In this document: positions 12,804 through 26,277 of the stretch, one piece after another
Layout: each line of letters begins with the position of its first letter
Position numbering within the stretch: position 1 is the stretch's first letter
DNA from: Yuukianura sp. NJ FZ-2021
Taxonomy: Eukaryota
Direction: 5' to 3'
Length of the DNA stretch: 64,000 bases
NCBI GenBank assembly: GCA_046563655.1
Contig: CM102289.1
Location: forward strand, 2,790,001-2,854,000
Position numbers and translations under genes: made by a program
The notes under the pieces: model-generated
What the model saw: the letters and a program-made list of their open reading frames with translations, nothing else
What the model was told of the DNA's origin: nothing
The model's database searches: none

Positions 12804-15039
12804 TTAAAATGACAAATTTACCGGTTTTCCCCACATAGTATACCAATAAATTGTAGCAATATCAGCAACGAATTCACAGACGAGAGACAAAATTAGGATC
12901 AGAACGGCACCTAAGTACACCAGAAATATTCCGCCAATGTTGTCACTGAGGTCAAGGACCTTAACACTACTATGCCGTACCACACCGTGGGTGCGGACAA
13001 AGTGGATTTCCTGAAGGTGGGACTTCATATCCATCCAGTACTTGAATATGCCACCATCAACTATGTGGGCCAACCTGTCTGGAATTCTTGGATCCACCCA
13101 ATTTTCCAAATACCATCCAACAGTAGAATTGAATACACTTTCGTTACTGCGTGCAAGGAATCTTCCTCCTGCGCAGCTCCCCTGTGCAAGCAACGCATTT
13201 ACAACTGGAACGATCAAGTGGGCCCAGGCAGCGTAAGCTGTTTTCTTCTGTTTTGCAATTCTCTCCACAAAAGTGTTGTTTGGAGTAGGAATTAGCATGC
13301 GTGGATACAAGGAGTAAATAGTTTTGAACGAGTGCTGTAGGAGTCAAAAAATATTCATTGAAAAACTTGAAGTTTTGAAAAAAATTTTTTTGTTGGGTTA
13401 CCGTTTTCTTAAAGTTGCTATCAACATAGTGTCTCGCCATTATCATTTTATAAACTTCTGTACTTCCAAAAATGTGACTGTTGCCCATGAGTTCGTAAAG
13501 CGGTTTATACCTTGGAGAATGCAGAGTAACGAATATGGTGTAGTTGCGTTCCACGAGTTGCGCAAATGATTCTAGCAGTGCTACGTGCTTCGGCGCAGTA
13601 ATGTCAGTGGTCATGTCTCCTTTGTAGTACGTAATCAATACAATGGTCGTAAACAACCAAGGTGCAAGAAGCCAGTAAAGTGCTCTGAGTTGTTTTGGGT
13701 TTAACATTGGCTCGAGACTTTGCTCCACCAGTGACCCCAGTATGTCCAAAAAAGGCCATTGTCCCGCACTGCTCTTATGATATTTTAATATTTGTTTTAT
13801 CGTTATTGCCGCTAGAACAGCAACTACCAAAAGGGAAAGCCAAGTGAAGGATTCTAAAGCAGAGTAGAGTGAATCAAATTTGAATTCTTCGTGAAGCGCG
13901 CCATCACACGTGACAAATCTAAATTGCAGCTCTTGTCTAAAATATGGTGGGTGTATTAAATCAAAAAAGAGTTTAGGTATGGGGCGGAATTGAGTTGCAG
14001 AGGATCGACTAGGCGGCACGTCTCCCCTCATATTAGGTAAAGCAATATTGACAAGGATGTAGTGGATGCAGTAGACATGCATTGTTGACATCTTCAAATC
14101 CATTGCCCGCAAATTTTTGAATTTCACAATATCTGCATGTCGAAGTTGACCAAGGTCTCTTGCATATACTTTATGAAGAGTCAGTTGTGGCCAAACTCCT
14201 ATGTCCCAACCCAATTTGGAACAATTTTCCCGTGTTTCTAGAACTCTCCATTCTTTTTCCAACCCAGTGCGGCTAAAGTTAGATATGTCAAAATTTGTAA
14301 ACCGATAATTACACAAGGCGACGATTTGTATATTAGTCTGATTATGTATGTAATAGTCGGCTTCAGCATTTGGTAAGCGAGACATTTGGAATTCCAAATT
14401 CCGCGTGTTTTGTCCAATAGCAATTCGAACGTTGATGGCATTGACCCAGAGGAATGTAAAACGCGTAGTTCTGTTCGAACTGAAAAACAAAAAGTATTGA
14501 CCTGATGCTCTAACTTCTGCCGTTGGCCAGGCCAAATTATCATTGCGAAGATTCAAGGTTTTGCCGAACGGATTGAAATAGTTGACCAATGACGCTTGAA
14601 TGGGGACCCTGCTCCATTGGAGTACACGACTAGCATTAACAATGGTTTGAAAATTAGGAATCAACAGAATATGTACGACGCATGCCCAGTTGAAAGGTAC
14701 AAGCGTCGAAGAGGAATTAGAATTTTCAAGCGACAAGGATGAACTGAGTAGTCGAGTTTCGCGTTTACCTAAACTGTTTCCAACAAAAATCTCTATGGGA
14801 TTCCAGTTCAACCGTTCAACTCGTGCTCCAGCCCTTTGTTTAATAGTATTTTTATGGTCGACATCTTCCAAAATGACTGGGATTTCAAACGGATCGAAGT
14901 CTAGAGTCTCATGGCTTATTATATGGAAATGACAGTTGGAAAATGGGGACAAGAAAAAATTAAACCCCAATATTTTAGAACAAGAATTTGTTCTAAAAAT
15001 TAAAAGTAGAATTATGCAGTAATAATATCCCTTCATCAT
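12804..15039 (-). CDS. Divergent ionotropic receptor (IR/iGluR-like), copy 1; exons 15039-13402 and 13334-12804
   Basis: Signal peptide; FRFVTCD..FDSLYSALESFTWL (pre-M1), GSLVEQS, WLFTTIVLITYYKG..TAP..LESFAQL, IVDGGIFKYW and NIGGIF (M4). The 67-nt intron 13401-13335 (acg|gtaacc...ctacag|cac) joins the two ORFs in frame. Confidence 0.8.
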
Positions 15040-15775
15040 TCTCGTCGAGGTAATATTCAAAGACTGGCATGTTGGCGTGATGGTTTACTGATATGATATA
15101 CATTGAAATGAAATTCTTTGACGCCTCAAAATCCATAATTAATTGGTTCCTAGAAAATAAAATTTGATTATGTTGATGGATTTGCAATTAATTTTTTATT
15201 TTTGAAATATCGACGTCAATTCCTAGTTGACTAGAAATTAAAACCCGGCCGTCTTTGAGTCAAAAATGTTCAAAAAAAAGTGACAAACATTTAACCCTAA
15301 ATTAAAAAAAAATTAATACTCAAAACATTTTTCAAGATATAAAAAGCTCGCTTGGCTTCTAAACAAAAACTTATGAAACAAAAGAAAATTAAAGGTGAAC
15401 ATAAAATGTAGATTGAGATACTCAATTGTTTATTTTAATTTTTGGTCCATGCTTACGAAGTTAGAATCGTTTTCATATTCATTTCCTTGAATTTCCTGCA
15501 ACTCAACTTTGCCATTTTTAAATTTCGAGTTGTGGGTTGAAAACCTTGAATAAGATGACTCTGATACAAATCGCGCCAATTCTGGAATGGGGCGGTGGTT
15601 CTCGAAATTAGTATTTTGGATTAATTGAAATTCCGGAAAAAAAAGTTTTTCTTTGGAAGGAATTCAAATGTAAAAGGTGCTTGAAGGATAAACCTCCTCC
15701 GCTTTTTTCGGATTTGCCCAAGGGCTTTGTCTTTCATTCCACTCAATTTCAATTTCAGTTGTGCAACATCTTCAC

Positions 15776-15963
15776 GTTCTCTGTCTGTCTGTCCGTCTGC
15801 CTGTGTGCACTATAACTATACCTCCGAAACCCCTGGACCGATTTGCAATCTGTCTTCGTAAATCAGTTTGGCATAGGTGGTGATTAATACGGCTCCGGTT
15901 TTACGGGAAGTGCACTCTAGCTTACTTTCGCTACTTACGTACGGCGTTTACAACGGTTTATTG
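15776..15963 (+). mobile_element. 5'-truncated DINE-1/Helentron-type non-autonomous element at the duplication junction
   Basis: ctgtctgtctgtccgtc microsatellite, ctttcgctactt subterminal motif and a ggcgtttacaacggtttatt 3' end, shared with the elements at 30393 and 32755. Confidence 0.6.
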
Positions 15964-16400
15964 TTTTTTTGCTTCACCTGCTTCTTCTCTTCGTGTTTAT
16001 GCAAAAACGTTTGTTAAAAATTCATTGAGTTTTCTTTTTCAAAACGTAATGTCAAGTTCCAAGTTCGTGTTAATTTTTTTTTTGTCAAACGGTCCAAGAA
16101 AGTAGAACATTTTAGACTTGCGATGGGGTGACATTTTACGACAACAATGAAATTTGCCCTTGCATTTTATTTTTTATTTTTTTTTGCCTTTTGTATTCAA
16201 ATTTAAGATTAAAAACTAGAAATTCTGTGTCTTTCGTCTGCACTGCAGATAAATTTAACGTAATTTTGATTACCGAAGCTAAATTTTGTTAAGTGAATTT
16301 ACAAATTAATAAGCTGACAGTAAAGTAACAAAAAATACACACGAAAATTCATTACCGTATTGTTCCTATTAGAGATTACCTACTACTTAGCATTAAATTA

Positions 16401-18645
16401 CTAAGTAATTGAAATGACAAATTTACCGGTTTTCCCCACATACCAATAAATTGTAGCAATATCAGCAACGAATTCACAGACGAGAGACAAAATTAGGATC
16501 AGAACGGCACCTAAGTAGACAAGAAATATTCCGCCAATGTTGTCACTGAGGTCAAGGACCTTAACACTACTATGCCGTACCACACCGTGGGTGCGGACAA
16601 AGTGGATTTCCTGAAGGTGGGACTTCATATCCATCCAGTACTTGAATATGCCACCATCAACTATGTGGGTCAACCTGTCTGGAATTCTTGGATCCACCCA
16701 ATTTTCCAAATACCACCCAACACTCGAATTGAATAAACTTTCGTTACTGCGTGCAAGGAATCTTCCGCCTGCGCAGCTTCCCTGTGCAAGCAACGCATTT
16801 ACAACTGGAACGATCAAGTGGGCCCAGGCAGCGTAAGCTGTTTTCTTCTGTTTTGCAATTCTCTCCACAAAAGTGTTGTTTGGAGTAGGAATTAGCATGC
16901 GTGGATACAAGGAGTAAATAGTTTTGAACGAGTGCTGTAGGAGTCAAAAAATATTCATTGAAAAACTTGAAGTTTTGAAAGTTTTGAAAAATTTTTTGTT
17001 GGGTTACCGTTTTCTTAAAGTTGCTATCAACATAGTGTCTCGCCATTATCATTTTATAAACTTCTGTACTTCCAAAAATGTGACTGTTGCCCATGAGTTC
17101 GTAAAGCGGTTTATACCTTGGAGAATGCAGAGTAACGAATATGGTGTAGTTGCGTTCCACGAGTTGCGCAAATGATTCTAGCAGTGCTACGTGCTTCGGC
17201 GCAGTAATGTCAGTGGTCATGTCTCCTTTGTAGTACGTAATCAATACAATGGTCGTAAACAACCAAGGTGCAAGAAGCCAGTAAAGTGCTCTGAGTTGTT
17301 TTGGGTTTAACATTGGCTCGAGACTTTGCTCCACCAGTGACCCCAGTATGTCCAAAAAAGGCCATTGTCCCGCACTGCTCTTATGATATTTTAATATTTG
17401 TTTTATCGTTATTGCCGCTAGAACAGCAACTACCAAAAGGGAAAGCCAAGTGAAGGATTCTAAAGCAGAGTAGAGTGAATCAAATTTGAATTCTTCGTGA
17501 AGCGCGCCATCACACGTGACAAATCTAAATTGCAGCTCTTGTCTAAAATATGGTGGGTGTATTAAATCAAAAAAGAGTTTAGGTATGGGGCGGAATTGAG
17601 TTGCAGAGGATCGACTAGGCGGCACGTCTCCCCTCATATTAGGTAAAGCAATATTGACAAGGATGTAGTGGATGCAGTAGACATGCATTGTTGACATCTT
17701 CAAATCCATTGCCCGCAAATTTTTGAATTTCACAATATCTGCATGTCGAAGTTGACCAAGGTCTCTTGCATATACTTTATGAAGAGTCAGTTGTGGCCAA
17801 ACTCCTATGTCCCAACCCAATTTGGAACAATTTTCCCGTGTTTCTAGAACTCTCCATTCTTTTTCCAACCCAGTGCGGCTAAAGTTAGATATGTCAAAAT
17901 TTGTAAACCGATAATTACACAAGGCGACGATTTGTATATTAGTCTGATTATGTATGTAATAGTCGGCTTCAGCATTTGGTAAGCGAGACATTTGGAATTC
18001 CAAATTCCGCGTGTTTTGTCCAATAGCAATTCGAACGTTGATGGCATTGACCCAGAGGAATGTAAAACGCGTAGTTCTGTTCGAACTGAAAAACAAAAAG
18101 TATTGACCTGATGCTCTAACTTCTGCCGTTGGCCAGGCCAAATTATCATTGCGAAGATTCAAGGTTTTGCCGAACGGATTGAAATAGTTGACCAATGACG
18201 CTTGAATGGGGACCCTGCTCCATTGGAGTACACGACTAGCATTAACAATGGTTTGAAAATTAGGAATCAACAGAATATGTACGACGCATGCCCAGTTGAA
18301 AGGTACAAGCGTCGAAGAGGAATTAGAATTTTCAAGCGACAAGGATGAACTGAGTAGTCGAGTTTCGCGTTTACCTAAACTGTTTCCAACAAAAATCTCT
18401 ATGGGATTCCAGTTCAACCGTTCAACTCGTGCTCCAGCCCTTTGTTTAATAGTATTTTTATGGTCGACATCTTCCAAAATGACTGGGATTTCAAACGGAT
18501 CGAAGTCTAGAGTCTCATGGCTTATTATATGGAGATGACAGTTGGAAAACGGGGACAACAAGGAATTAAACCCCAATATTTTAGAACTAGAATTTGTTCT
18601 AAAAATTAAAAGTAGAATTATGCAGCAATAATATCCCTTCATCAT
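16401..18645 (-). CDS. Divergent ionotropic receptor, copy 2; exons 18645-17008 and 16934-16401
   Basis: Near-identical to copy 1; 73-nt intron at 17007-16935. A 5-nt indel near the end changes the last residues. Confidence 0.8.
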
Positions 18646-19420
18646 TCTCGTCTCGGTAATATTCAAAAACTGGCATGTTGGCGTGATGGTTTACTGATAT
18701 GATATACATTGAAATGAAATTCTTTGACGCCTCAAAATCCATAATTAATTGGTTCCTAGAAAATAAAATTTGATTATGTTGATGGATTTTCAAATAAATT
18801 ACTTATTTTTGAAATATCCTCGTCAGTTCCAAATTAACTAGAAATTAAAATCATGCCGCCGTTGAGTCAAAAATGTTCAAAAAAGTGACAAACATTTAAC
18901 CCTAAATTAAAAAAAATATTAATACTCAAAACATTTTTCAAGATATAAAAAGCTCGCTTGGCTTCTAAACAAAAACTTATGAAACAAAAGAAAATTAAAG
19001 GTGAACATAAAATGTAGATTGAGATACTCAATTGTTTATTTTAATTTTTGGTCCATGCTTACGAAGTTAGAATCGTTTTCATATTCATTTCCTTGAATTT
19101 CCTTCAATTCAACCTTGCCATTTTTAAATTTCGAGTTGTGGATTGAAAACCTTGAATAAGATGACTCTGATACAAATCGCGCCAATTCTGGAATGGGACG
19201 GTGGTTCTCAAAATTCGTATTTTGGATTAATTCAAATTCCGGGGGAAAAAAGTTTTTCTTTGGAAGGAATTCAAATGTAAAAGGTGCTTGAAGGATAAAC
19301 CTCCTCCGCTTTTTTCGGATTTGCCCAAGGGCTTTGTCTTTCATTCCACTCAATTTCAATTTCAGTTGTGCAACATCTTCACCTTGTTGGATACTTATTG
19401 TTGTTTACGTTTTGAGAACC

Positions 19421-20921
19421 ATGGACCTGCTTCCAGTTCTTGTAAGACGCAAAATTATTTTCAAGTTTAAACAAGTATTTTCAAAATTTCCGCTTTGTAA
19501 AATTTCAGTTCATTTTCGGAGTGCTAGCAGTGGGCTGTAGTGAAGCGTCGAAAAAACCGAAAGCGCCAAAACAAAGTCGTTTTAATTTTCGCCTTGAACG
19601 ATCGCTTCCTTCGGTTTCAGACGATCATTTCCAGGAGTTGGCTCCGGATGGCACCTACAGGTTAGATTCAAATCATTGGTTTCAATTTACTAAAATCATT
19701 TTTCTCAAAGCCAAAGTAATGCCCATTTCCACATGGTCGTGATTCAGTTGGATGCCAATTGTGATAAGAGTTCGTTCAACTGCCAAATTCTTTTCACTAT
19801 TCTCCCTTGCATGCTTAAAAGCAATTGAAACCTGACTTTTTTTTTTGTTTTGCAAATTGACTTAAGATTGATTTTTGTTTTCATTTAAGGTATGCTTACA
19901 CTGGGCAAGATAGCTACCATGCAGAGAGACGCCTTGCTGATGGGACAGTCGAAGGAGAAACACTCTATGTTCGTCCAGACGGAATTCCAATCAAGGTCAA
20001 ATTGCGAATTTTGGTAACAAGCATTGTAAATGAGCAACTAAAACATGAATTTTGGTTACAATTTAGGTGCACTATTTTGCAAATGCAAAAACGGGCTATC
20101 GCCCACGCACCGAAATTCTCTACGCAGAAAGACTGAGGACGGCTACAACGATTGAAGAGCCAATTCCAACGCCCAGAGCGCATTCGGCCGATGTAATTCC
20201 GTTAAGGCCGTCTGTACTCCTTGGTGACTTTTATGAAAAGGCTAAAACAAAATTTAGCTTGCAGATTTTTTTTAATCATAAAATTTTTCAAAATTTTTTA
20301 GCACCACCAACCGACAGTGTGATTGTCCCCGTGAGAATTCCCGGAAGCGAAGAATCAAATCAAGTCAACGCTGTTGTTGAGGGTAACAAAATTTCTATTG
20401 GAAATGGACTTCGAAGTGGTGACAATTTGGCCATTTCTAGTCCTTCTGTCACTGCAATCATCGGACCTGGTAATTTCCATTTTCAAAATTTGAACTTTCT
20501 CTGTTCGAGAAGTTTTTTTTTTCAAAATTGTTTAGGAGGACGAGCTGAACTGCGGCCAGAAAGTCATGCCAGAACGGGCAGTGGAAGCGGGATTTCCATT
20601 TCGAATCCTTCGAGCACCGCCATAATCGGACCGGGTGGATCTGCTGTTCTCGCTCCATCGTCTTCAGCATCTACTGAATTCGGTTCCAGCCCTACTACAG
20701 TAGTGGTTCCATCTGAACCCACCAGGGGCATCTGGACTCCGGTTGACCTTCAACCTGTCCCAGTAGTTCCAGTAGTTCACCAATCCAGGTCAACTGGTCC
20801 ACAGGTTGTTGTTGTTCCAGCAAATCCAAGCTACGAGTACACATACACCTACTCTTCACCCGATGTCAACCATCCCCAAAGAGACAGTTCCGCTTTTGTC
20901 AATGTTAGGGTTAACCAGTAA
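19421..20921 (+). CDS. Cuticular protein with Rebers-Riddiford chitin-binding domain (Chitin_bind_4), ~6 exons
   Basis: Signal peptide across exons 1-2; spliced DGTYRYAYTGQDSYHAERRLADGTVEGETLYVRPDGIPIKVHYFANAKTGYRP; P/V/S-rich tail. Confidence 0.85.
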
Positions 20922-21447
20922 TTTCGATTGTTTTCAAAATTTTTAAAATTTCAAAACATCTTTCTAATGAACTTTTGTCAGTTGATTTGTGAAACGTTTC
21001 TAACTTTACCTGTCTATGTTTTCTGTAAAACTTTTAAGTTTCTCAATTTTCTGAATCATCAAAAAATTTTCAATTTTAGTGCTGATTTGTTAAACTAAAT
21101 TTAACCTTTTCTCCATTCACATTGCAAGTGAATCAATTTTGCTCTGTCAATGTATGCAAGTTAATATTGTATTAGTACGTGAAATCTGCAAGGATAATGC
21201 CATCATGCGTAATCGCGATAATTTCATTGCTTTCATAACTCTATGCTTTGTTTTTGCGTATGTTTTCATTGAAGGAGAGCAGAACTGGGTTGATTAAATG
21301 CTTACTAATTACAGAAATTAATTAAAGATGTACTTTCAATGATAAATTGCACCACATTTGCGTTTGGATGTCAAAGCAGTTTAATATAAAAGACGCATGC
21401 CCGTTCGGTAAAAAGTGTCGCGAAATTGATTTTCGAAATAAACGAGA

Positions 21448-23664
21448 ATGTTTAAAGAATTTCCGCTTGTTTGCGGCATGCTGCTGCTGTTCAGCATTTC
21501 GAAAGCCTTCGCTTCAGAAGTAAACGATTTCCATGAGGAGGACTTGGGTGTTGACGGAATCCTGCGCACAGATGATACTCCGAATACAGAAAGCAGAGTT
21601 GTATCGATTGAAACACAACCAAAAGCAATGGTTGTTTTCTATGAGTACGCAGACTATGAAGGTTAGACTATAATTTAAAGTTGATGTCAGCAACTGATCA
21701 ATTTAAAATACTAAGCACTGTAACTAATAAGTCTGCTCTTCCAGGTACTCAATTTTATGCAACTTTATCGACGTCTTGCGCCAACGTCAAGAAAAAGTTC
21801 AGAAATCGTCTCGGCTCAATCGACACACAAGGTCACTGCGTCGTTATTTTCAACGAGCGGAATTGTGAAGGTCAGGGTACACACATTACTCGTCACTCGC
21901 CAGAATCCAAGGACATTCGTGGACGTGTGGGAACGCCCCTCTCAGTTCGATTCTGTAGCCAATACGACTATCATACAGTCATCTTTTTCGCAGCAGAAAA
22001 CTCAAAATGTAAGTCCAAACTTATCGACGCCCTAAAAACTTCCAGCCAGCATACTGTCTTGAATGAATTAATTTATAAATATAAAAAGAATAATAATAAT
22101 TGTGAAAAATTTAATGATAATAATTCAATTAATTCACTTTTGAGGGGAATATGCCGACTACAAATTCTATTTGGATGGAAGCTGCGTCAACATTGACCGG
22201 CATGTGAGCAGAGAAGCTACGGAAGTAGCTTTCATCCCGTCGACTACTTGCATTATTGTAAGTAGGGCATCCAAGTTCGGAGCTTTTCAGAAAAGCCCGG
22301 ACTTCGGACTTAGCGGACTCAGCCTGACAAAAGTCCGGACTTTTCGGACTTCGAACTTCAAACCTAAAACCATATATCTGACCCACACTGCGTAAATTTT
22401 GTTCGCCGGTTTTTTTAACAATCATTTATCTGGAAATGTGTGTGTAAGAAAGAGAAAATTTCCAGTGTGTCATCGTTTCAGCTGGCAGTAACATTGTCTC
22501 AAAGATATCTCAGGGCATAAAATACTCCTTCCGATTCTACATTAGGGGTCGCAAATCCGGAGGTGTCTCAAGAAATCCGAATTTTTGCGAATTTCTAGCG
22601 ACAAAATCCGGATTTTCCGTAACATGGTATATTCTGTAAGAAAATTTTCGATACCATTAGAAGCACCAAAAAAGTATGAAGCATACACGAGTATCCAAAA
22701 ATCTTAATTTTTGGGTATTCAGGATGCTAAAAATTTCTCAAGAAAATACATTTAAGGTGATGATGGCACAAGCTAAGATGGACTCCTCGGTTGCAATTCT
22801 TGTTTTTGTTGGAGTAGCAAAAATGTCGCCAAAATCATTGTCCACTTTTCCAGGATGCAGATGCCAGAATAATTGTTCGTCGCTCTTGAATTCGTAGCCT
22901 GGGAAATTGCCAATGAGAATGCTGTGCCGAAGTCACTGTTCTTTAGAGGGACGAGCGTCCTCTCTAGAGATCTTTTGTACATTCTTTTTTCGAAACTTTG
23001 CAACGAGTGGCACAATACGTCTTTTCAAAAATGATACGATTTAAATTTTACGCGCAATAAAAATAAATTTTTTGAGTCATTTTCTCCAATTCCGAATTTG
23101 TTCCATATTTTCAATCTGAGTCCGGACTTTCTGCCCTTGAGTCCGCGGACTCGGACCCAAAGTTTAAAAAAAAAGTCCGGACTAGTCCGGACTTAAAGTC
23201 CGGACTTGGATGCCCTAATTGTAAGTCACCTATATTTGAAAATGTGCAATTTTTTTTTCAAAATGCGGTAAATTTTGTAGGTGTATGACGAACTGGGGTG
23301 TAAGGGGAAACCCACGCGTGTGGACGCCTTGAACCCACCTACACGCGGCTCAAAGTTTCTCTCTGGCCGAACGTGTCATGCCGTTGACAATATGCATATG
23401 ATGTACTTAGGATGTTTGCCAATGATGACGGGACACGCAGCATCAGGACGTGATACGCCTCTCAAGAATGCCACTGAAATTGAAATGGAACAACCGGGTA
23501 TTCCAGAAACCGACTCTCAGAACGATGAAGAGGATGAAGCTGACGAGTACGTGGAAGACACAAATACGTTTACAACGAAACCTTTCGACGAACAACTCAA
23601 ACCCAAAATTGAGCAGTATAAGCGACTCAAACGATCGCTGCGTGGCAATCACGCAGAATTTTAG
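21448..23664 (+). CDS. Secreted protein with two beta/gamma-crystallin-like Cys-containing repeats and an acidic tail; exons ~21448-21661, 21746-22008, 22145-22257, 23281-23664
   Basis: Signal peptide; VVFYEYADYEG..SCANV..SIDTQGHCVVIFNERNCEG and a second repeat VIFF..GSCVNI..TCIIVYDELGCKG; phase-compatible introns. Confidence 0.6.
22263..23217. mobile_element. hAT-type non-autonomous element, 955 bp, in an intron
   Basis: TIR tagggcatccaagt / acttggatgcccta; 8-bp TSD attgtaag at 22255-22262 and 23218-23225; subterminal cggact/agtccg repeats. Confidence 0.9.
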
Positions 23665-24063
23665 ACTTGTTTCAATACATGGCACTTCTGTATTACTTTC
23701 ATTCTTTAAAATTAAAGGATTGGAATGAGCTTCTCTGGTTTTGAATAGCAATTTAATCTTCCCGGCACTGTTTTTTTGGATCAGTGTTTTCTTCGCGTCG
23801 TTGGATCTTTTCTCAACTTTGCTGTCGACAAAACTGTAAAGAGTTTTCAACAAAATTGAAGGTTGCATGAAATTCCATTTTTCAGCCTTCTACAAAATGG
23901 TTGGTAGGTCGTTTTAAAAATAACACATTTTATGGTTCTATGCTACAAGTAGTTGCCCATTCCTTTTTTCAAATTTTGCTTTTTCCATTTTCACACGAAG
24001 ACTGCAGTAATGCTAACGTTCGAAAGCATTGGTGAGCTTGTGCGAATCTAAAATAAAAACAAA

Positions 24064-25955
24064 ATGGGCACAGTAAAAACTGACGCATTACAAAAATCAA
24101 TACGTGAAACTGAAACTATTACGAATAAATTTCCAGATGAGGTAATTTGTTGTAATTTATCCCATTAGCATGTAATGTTAAATATATTTTGTTTTTATTT
24201 TTTTGTGACTAGATTTTTTTCAAAATACTTTCTTCACTTCCTGCCAACGACATTTTAAGATGTCGTCTCGTCTGTCGAAATTGGAGGGACAACCCATTTA
24301 CACTTTTGGCTCTAAGAAATAGTAACCACCGAATCACATTCCGAACTGACAAGGAAATCCAGTATTTCTCGTTGCTCATGCGCACTACTCCAGGAATAAG
24401 CATTCCATTCTTTTATAGTACCTTTACATTCTACGTTGATCACCACATTACTGCAAAAGCAATTGAGGAATTCCTGGAAAGCTATGGTGAAGAAGTTAGT
24501 AAATTAAGCATTCAATTTAATTTTCGAAAGAAATCGGGATACAAAATTCCAAGGTGGGAGGTCAAAAAAGGCTTCAAGTGGGGAATTACCTATGCTAAAA
24601 TTACTCGCCAACTTTTGTTCAACACTTCAAATTTGACTTCACTGTCGCTGCTGGTGTACGAAAACTTTGATTTTATGTGCACCAACGAATTGGATTACTC
24701 TCAAGCGTTTCAAAAGTTGAGGAAATTTAAGGTAAAATTTTACCTCGCGGAGTCGTCCGGTCAACCCGAACATGTTGACCAGTTGACACTGTTTGAAAAT
24801 GTCATCAGGAATGCTCCTCATCTACAAGTATTGTCTCTACTTTACTACCCGTTCTTTTGTTCGATTGGACGCGACCAATTCGGAAATCCAGGAAGGTATA
24901 ACATCCCACAGCCGTCCGTTATAGGACAGACAATGTCAACAACAGAATTACAAAAACTCCCAAATTTTCTTAGCCTTTTGTGCTCATCTTCCGTAAAAGT
25001 CAAACTCCGACTTGGAATCATCACAAACATATTTCAAAATGTTTTCAATCAGCTCGTAGCCTTGGAGCCACAACCAAGGATTGCAGCTCTTGCCATCTCA
25101 CTTCCGCCCCAACTAGATTTGGCTCTCAAAACCTCAATTTGGAAATGGATTCAAACTTTGCCGCTCTACAAACTCAAATTCTTCCATGACTATGGTCGCT
25201 ACGCTGACATTCCTGATTTACCCACGAATCCTTTCTACACCGTCCACCAACTACGTTTGACGTTTGTCAAAGGCATAACTTCAAACAATGCGCATTTGCT
25301 GTTCCCAAATGTCAGAAAACTTACGGTGCGCTTACACAATTATTACGATCGGCAGCGACAGTCGCCCCTGTCTCAGCAGTTTGATGATTTTCGGTGTTTG
25401 ATGACAAGTTTGCCTAATCTGGAAAATTTGAGGCTAACTGGAAACTCATGGGAAGTGTTGACTGCTGAACCTCTCGAGTTGGACAGTACAGTTACACTTA
25501 ATTACGTGCTTCAGCAAATTGAAAATTTTGATGAAAAAACGTGTGTCGCTAAGAGTCCGATCTGGGAGCTGAAAAGTAATTTACAAACAATTGTGTCGTT
25601 TGATATAAACGTTTAATTTCCCAAAATTTATAACTGAATTTATAATTTTAGAATTGAGATGTCTGGAGGTTGATTTGAGACTCGACCACGTCAATGGTGC
25701 TTTATATGCTTCTGGAACGCGAAGGCTCCAACGTCTACCTCATCTCATTTTTAAAAAACACTACCAGCGTGTAGGCCTAACACACTTATTATGAATTAAT
25801 TAACATAATTATACCAATTTTGTCAAAACGTGTGGATACTACAAATACAACTGGTATTTTTTTTTCAGAATTCAGACCCACAGTACTATGAAGATGCTGC
25901 AAGTGCAATCAACAAGTATCATGACAAGGTGGAGTTTATCAACGAATTCCAGTAG
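24064..25955 (+). CDS. F-box protein, array member 1 (4 exons)
   Basis: Spliced FPDE|IFFKILSSLPANDILRCRLVCRNWRD; long exon 2 with LRR-like LxxLxL repeats. Confidence 0.85.
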
Positions 25956-26277
25956 GGTTTTCAAGCTAATTGAAACCATATCTGAAAATTATTGCGTAGT
26001 TTTCTGTTCATTTTAGTGTTACTGTGAAATAAGAATTTTGTCTGAGAAAGGCATATTGTAACATTGTATGAAAAATTTTAAGTCTGTTTTTCAAATTCAG
26101 TTTTTCACAAAAAAATTGGTATTGTTCTTGTGTTAAAAATAACTTTTTCAAGGTTTTGGACTTAAGGGTTGTTTTTGAATTTGTACGATTACCATTTCTC
26201 CGGCATGGCATAGTTTGACACTACAACAAGTGAGTATAACCATTTGTGAGTTCCAAATTTCCAAAAGAAAAACTAAG

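Larger units (their letters stand above)
12360..19382. repeat. Tandem segmental duplication of ~3.4 kb units (~12360-15775 and ~15960-19382)
   Basis: Direct sequence match covering the IR gene and both flanks; the copies diverge after ...gcaacatcttcac at 15775 and 19382. Confidence 0.9.

Noticed and set aside
13310..13401. Apparent frameshift or programmed frameshift in both IR copies
   Set aside because: A canonical GT-AG intron (67 and 73 nt) joins the two ORFs in frame.
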